49,120 bases of DNA. Origin: Firmicutes bacterium HGW-Firmicutes-1 (GTDB taxonomy: Bacteria; Bacillota; Clostridia; Lachnospirales; Vallitaleaceae). This document shows positions 48,344-49,120 of this stretch, piece after piece. The first letter of the stretch is position 1. Each line of letters opens with the position of its first letter. The position numbers and the translations under genes were made by a program. Where the stretch lies: positions 1 to 49,120 of the forward strand of contig PHAG01000016.1 in NCBI GenBank assembly GCA_002841625.1, written 5' to 3'. Under the pieces are notes generated by a model. That model ran no database searches and had not been told where the DNA came from. It saw only the letters and a list, made by a program, of their open reading frames with translations.

Positions 48344-49120
48344 ATGATAGAACTTAAAGGTATTCCTGCCTCAAATGGTATTGGGATAGGTTCGGTTATG
48401 ATTAAGAAAGAGATTATAAATCCCAGTCTACATAATGTAACAGACACTGAACAAGAAAAAAAGAGATTTAAAGATGCAAGGATAAATTCGATTAAGCAAT
48501 TGTATGGACTTTATGAAACTACCATGATTAGGATTGGTGAAAAAGAAGCTAGTATCTTTGCAGCACATATTGCATTAATTGAAGATGAAGAGTTAATCAA
48601 TGGAGTTGAAACTTCAATTGAAGGCAATTATTGGAATGCTGAGTGGGCATTAAAAATAGTCACAGATCATTTTGTCTCCATTTTCAATGAAATGGAAGAC
48701 CCGTACCTAAGAGAGCGTGCGCTAGACATTAAGGATATTTCAAACCGTATTCAAAGGCATTTGGCTGGTCTAGGTGAAGAAAATGAGATGGAAACAGATA
48801 AACCTGTTATCATAGTTGCACATGATTTAACTCCATCAGATACCGCTCAAATGGATACTGCTAAAGTATTAGGTTTTATTACTGAAATAGGTGGGAAAAC
48901 TTCCCATACAGCAATTCTTGCTAGAACTTTAGAAATACCAGCAGTTGTTGGACTTCATGGCATTGTTTCAAAAGTTACCCATGGACAGCGCGTTGTACTA
49001 GATGGACGAGATGGAAAGGTATATATCGAGGCTGACAATAGCACGATAGAACATTTTAACAATGAGAAAATTATAATTGAAGAATATAAAACAAAGCTAA
49101 GTCAATTGAAATATACAAAG
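48344..49120 (+). CDS. ptsI: phosphoenolpyruvate-protein phosphotransferase (Enzyme I), N-terminal part; continues beyond the window
   Basis: MIELKGIPASNGIGIG...GGKTSHTAILARTLEIPAVVG (phospho-His domain). No stop codon before the window end. Confidence 0.85.
   Translation, partial: MIELKGIPASNGIGIGSVMIKKEIINPSLHNVTDTEQEKKRFKDARINSIKQLYGLYETTMIRIGEKEASIFAAHIALIEDEELINGVETSIEGNYWNAEWALKIVTDHFVSIFNEMEDPYLRERALDIKDISNRIQRHLAGLGEENEMETDKPVIIVAHDLTPSDTAQMDTAKVLGFITEIGGKTSHTAILARTLEIPAVVGLHGIVSKVTHGQRVVLDGRDGKVYIEADNSTIEHFNNEKIIIEEYKTKLSQLKYTK

Overview
This is a low-GC (about 32-34% GC) window from a spore-forming anaerobic Firmicute, most likely Clostridia. The supporting genes are an alpha/beta-type SASP, thiH, rubrerythrin/PerR, hemerythrin, PPi-type PFK and SLH proteins. 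No rRNA, tRNA, transposase or CRISPR array is visible. The window is dense with sensory and regulatory modules, listed left to right.

(1) perR-rbr oxidative-stress operon with a palindromic PerR-type box.
(2) A three-component module of an extracytoplasmic solute-binding protein, a YesM-type histidine kinase and a YesN/AraC-type response regulator.
(3) A secreted alkaline phosphatase, followed by two convergent secreted proteins (Fn3 plus SLH; a copper-amine-oxidase-N-like domain protein), a LuxR-type regulator and an ABC-F ATPase.
(4) A HisKA_3 kinase, NarL-type regulator and sugar-type SBP, next to a decayed ribose-type ABC transporter (permease remnant plus intact RbsB-like lipoprotein) and a PfkB kinase.
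(5) A membrane-stress-like module: a TM/Tim44-like/zinc-ribbon protein and an SPFH (Band-7-like) protein with three C-terminal zinc ribbons.
(6) addA without an adjacent addB, a DUF47-PiT phosphate-transporter pair, the SASP, a methyltransferase and hslO.
(7) A roughly 940-bp gene-free region holding a consensus promoter, a 15-codon micro-ORF and five decayed copies of a 62-bp AT-rich tandem repeat. It is followed by a membrane-anchored thermonuclease.
(8) A Thr-type T-box leader, then a hemerythrin gene inserted ahead of thrS, then gtrA.
(9) A TPP riboswitch driving thiSGHFEC.
(10) An L20-type leader with infC-rpmI-rplT.
(11) A GlcNAc/PTS locus: PPi-PFK and an unknown 306-aa gene on the minus strand; nagA-nagB, a BglG/LicT-family antiterminator, PTS EIICB, a separate EIIA, two tandem HPr paralogues and ptsI (partial) on the plus strand. 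It carries three paralogous RAT-plus-terminator attenuators.

A 185-bp structured palindromic element occurs twice (about 5.1 kb and 20.8 kb) in the same orientation, with a compensatory base-pair change in its 21-bp stem. The candidates I would check first for novelty are this element, the repeat-containing gene-free region, the antiterminator regulon extending to the divergent unknown gene, and the SPFH/Tim44/zinc-ribbon pair.
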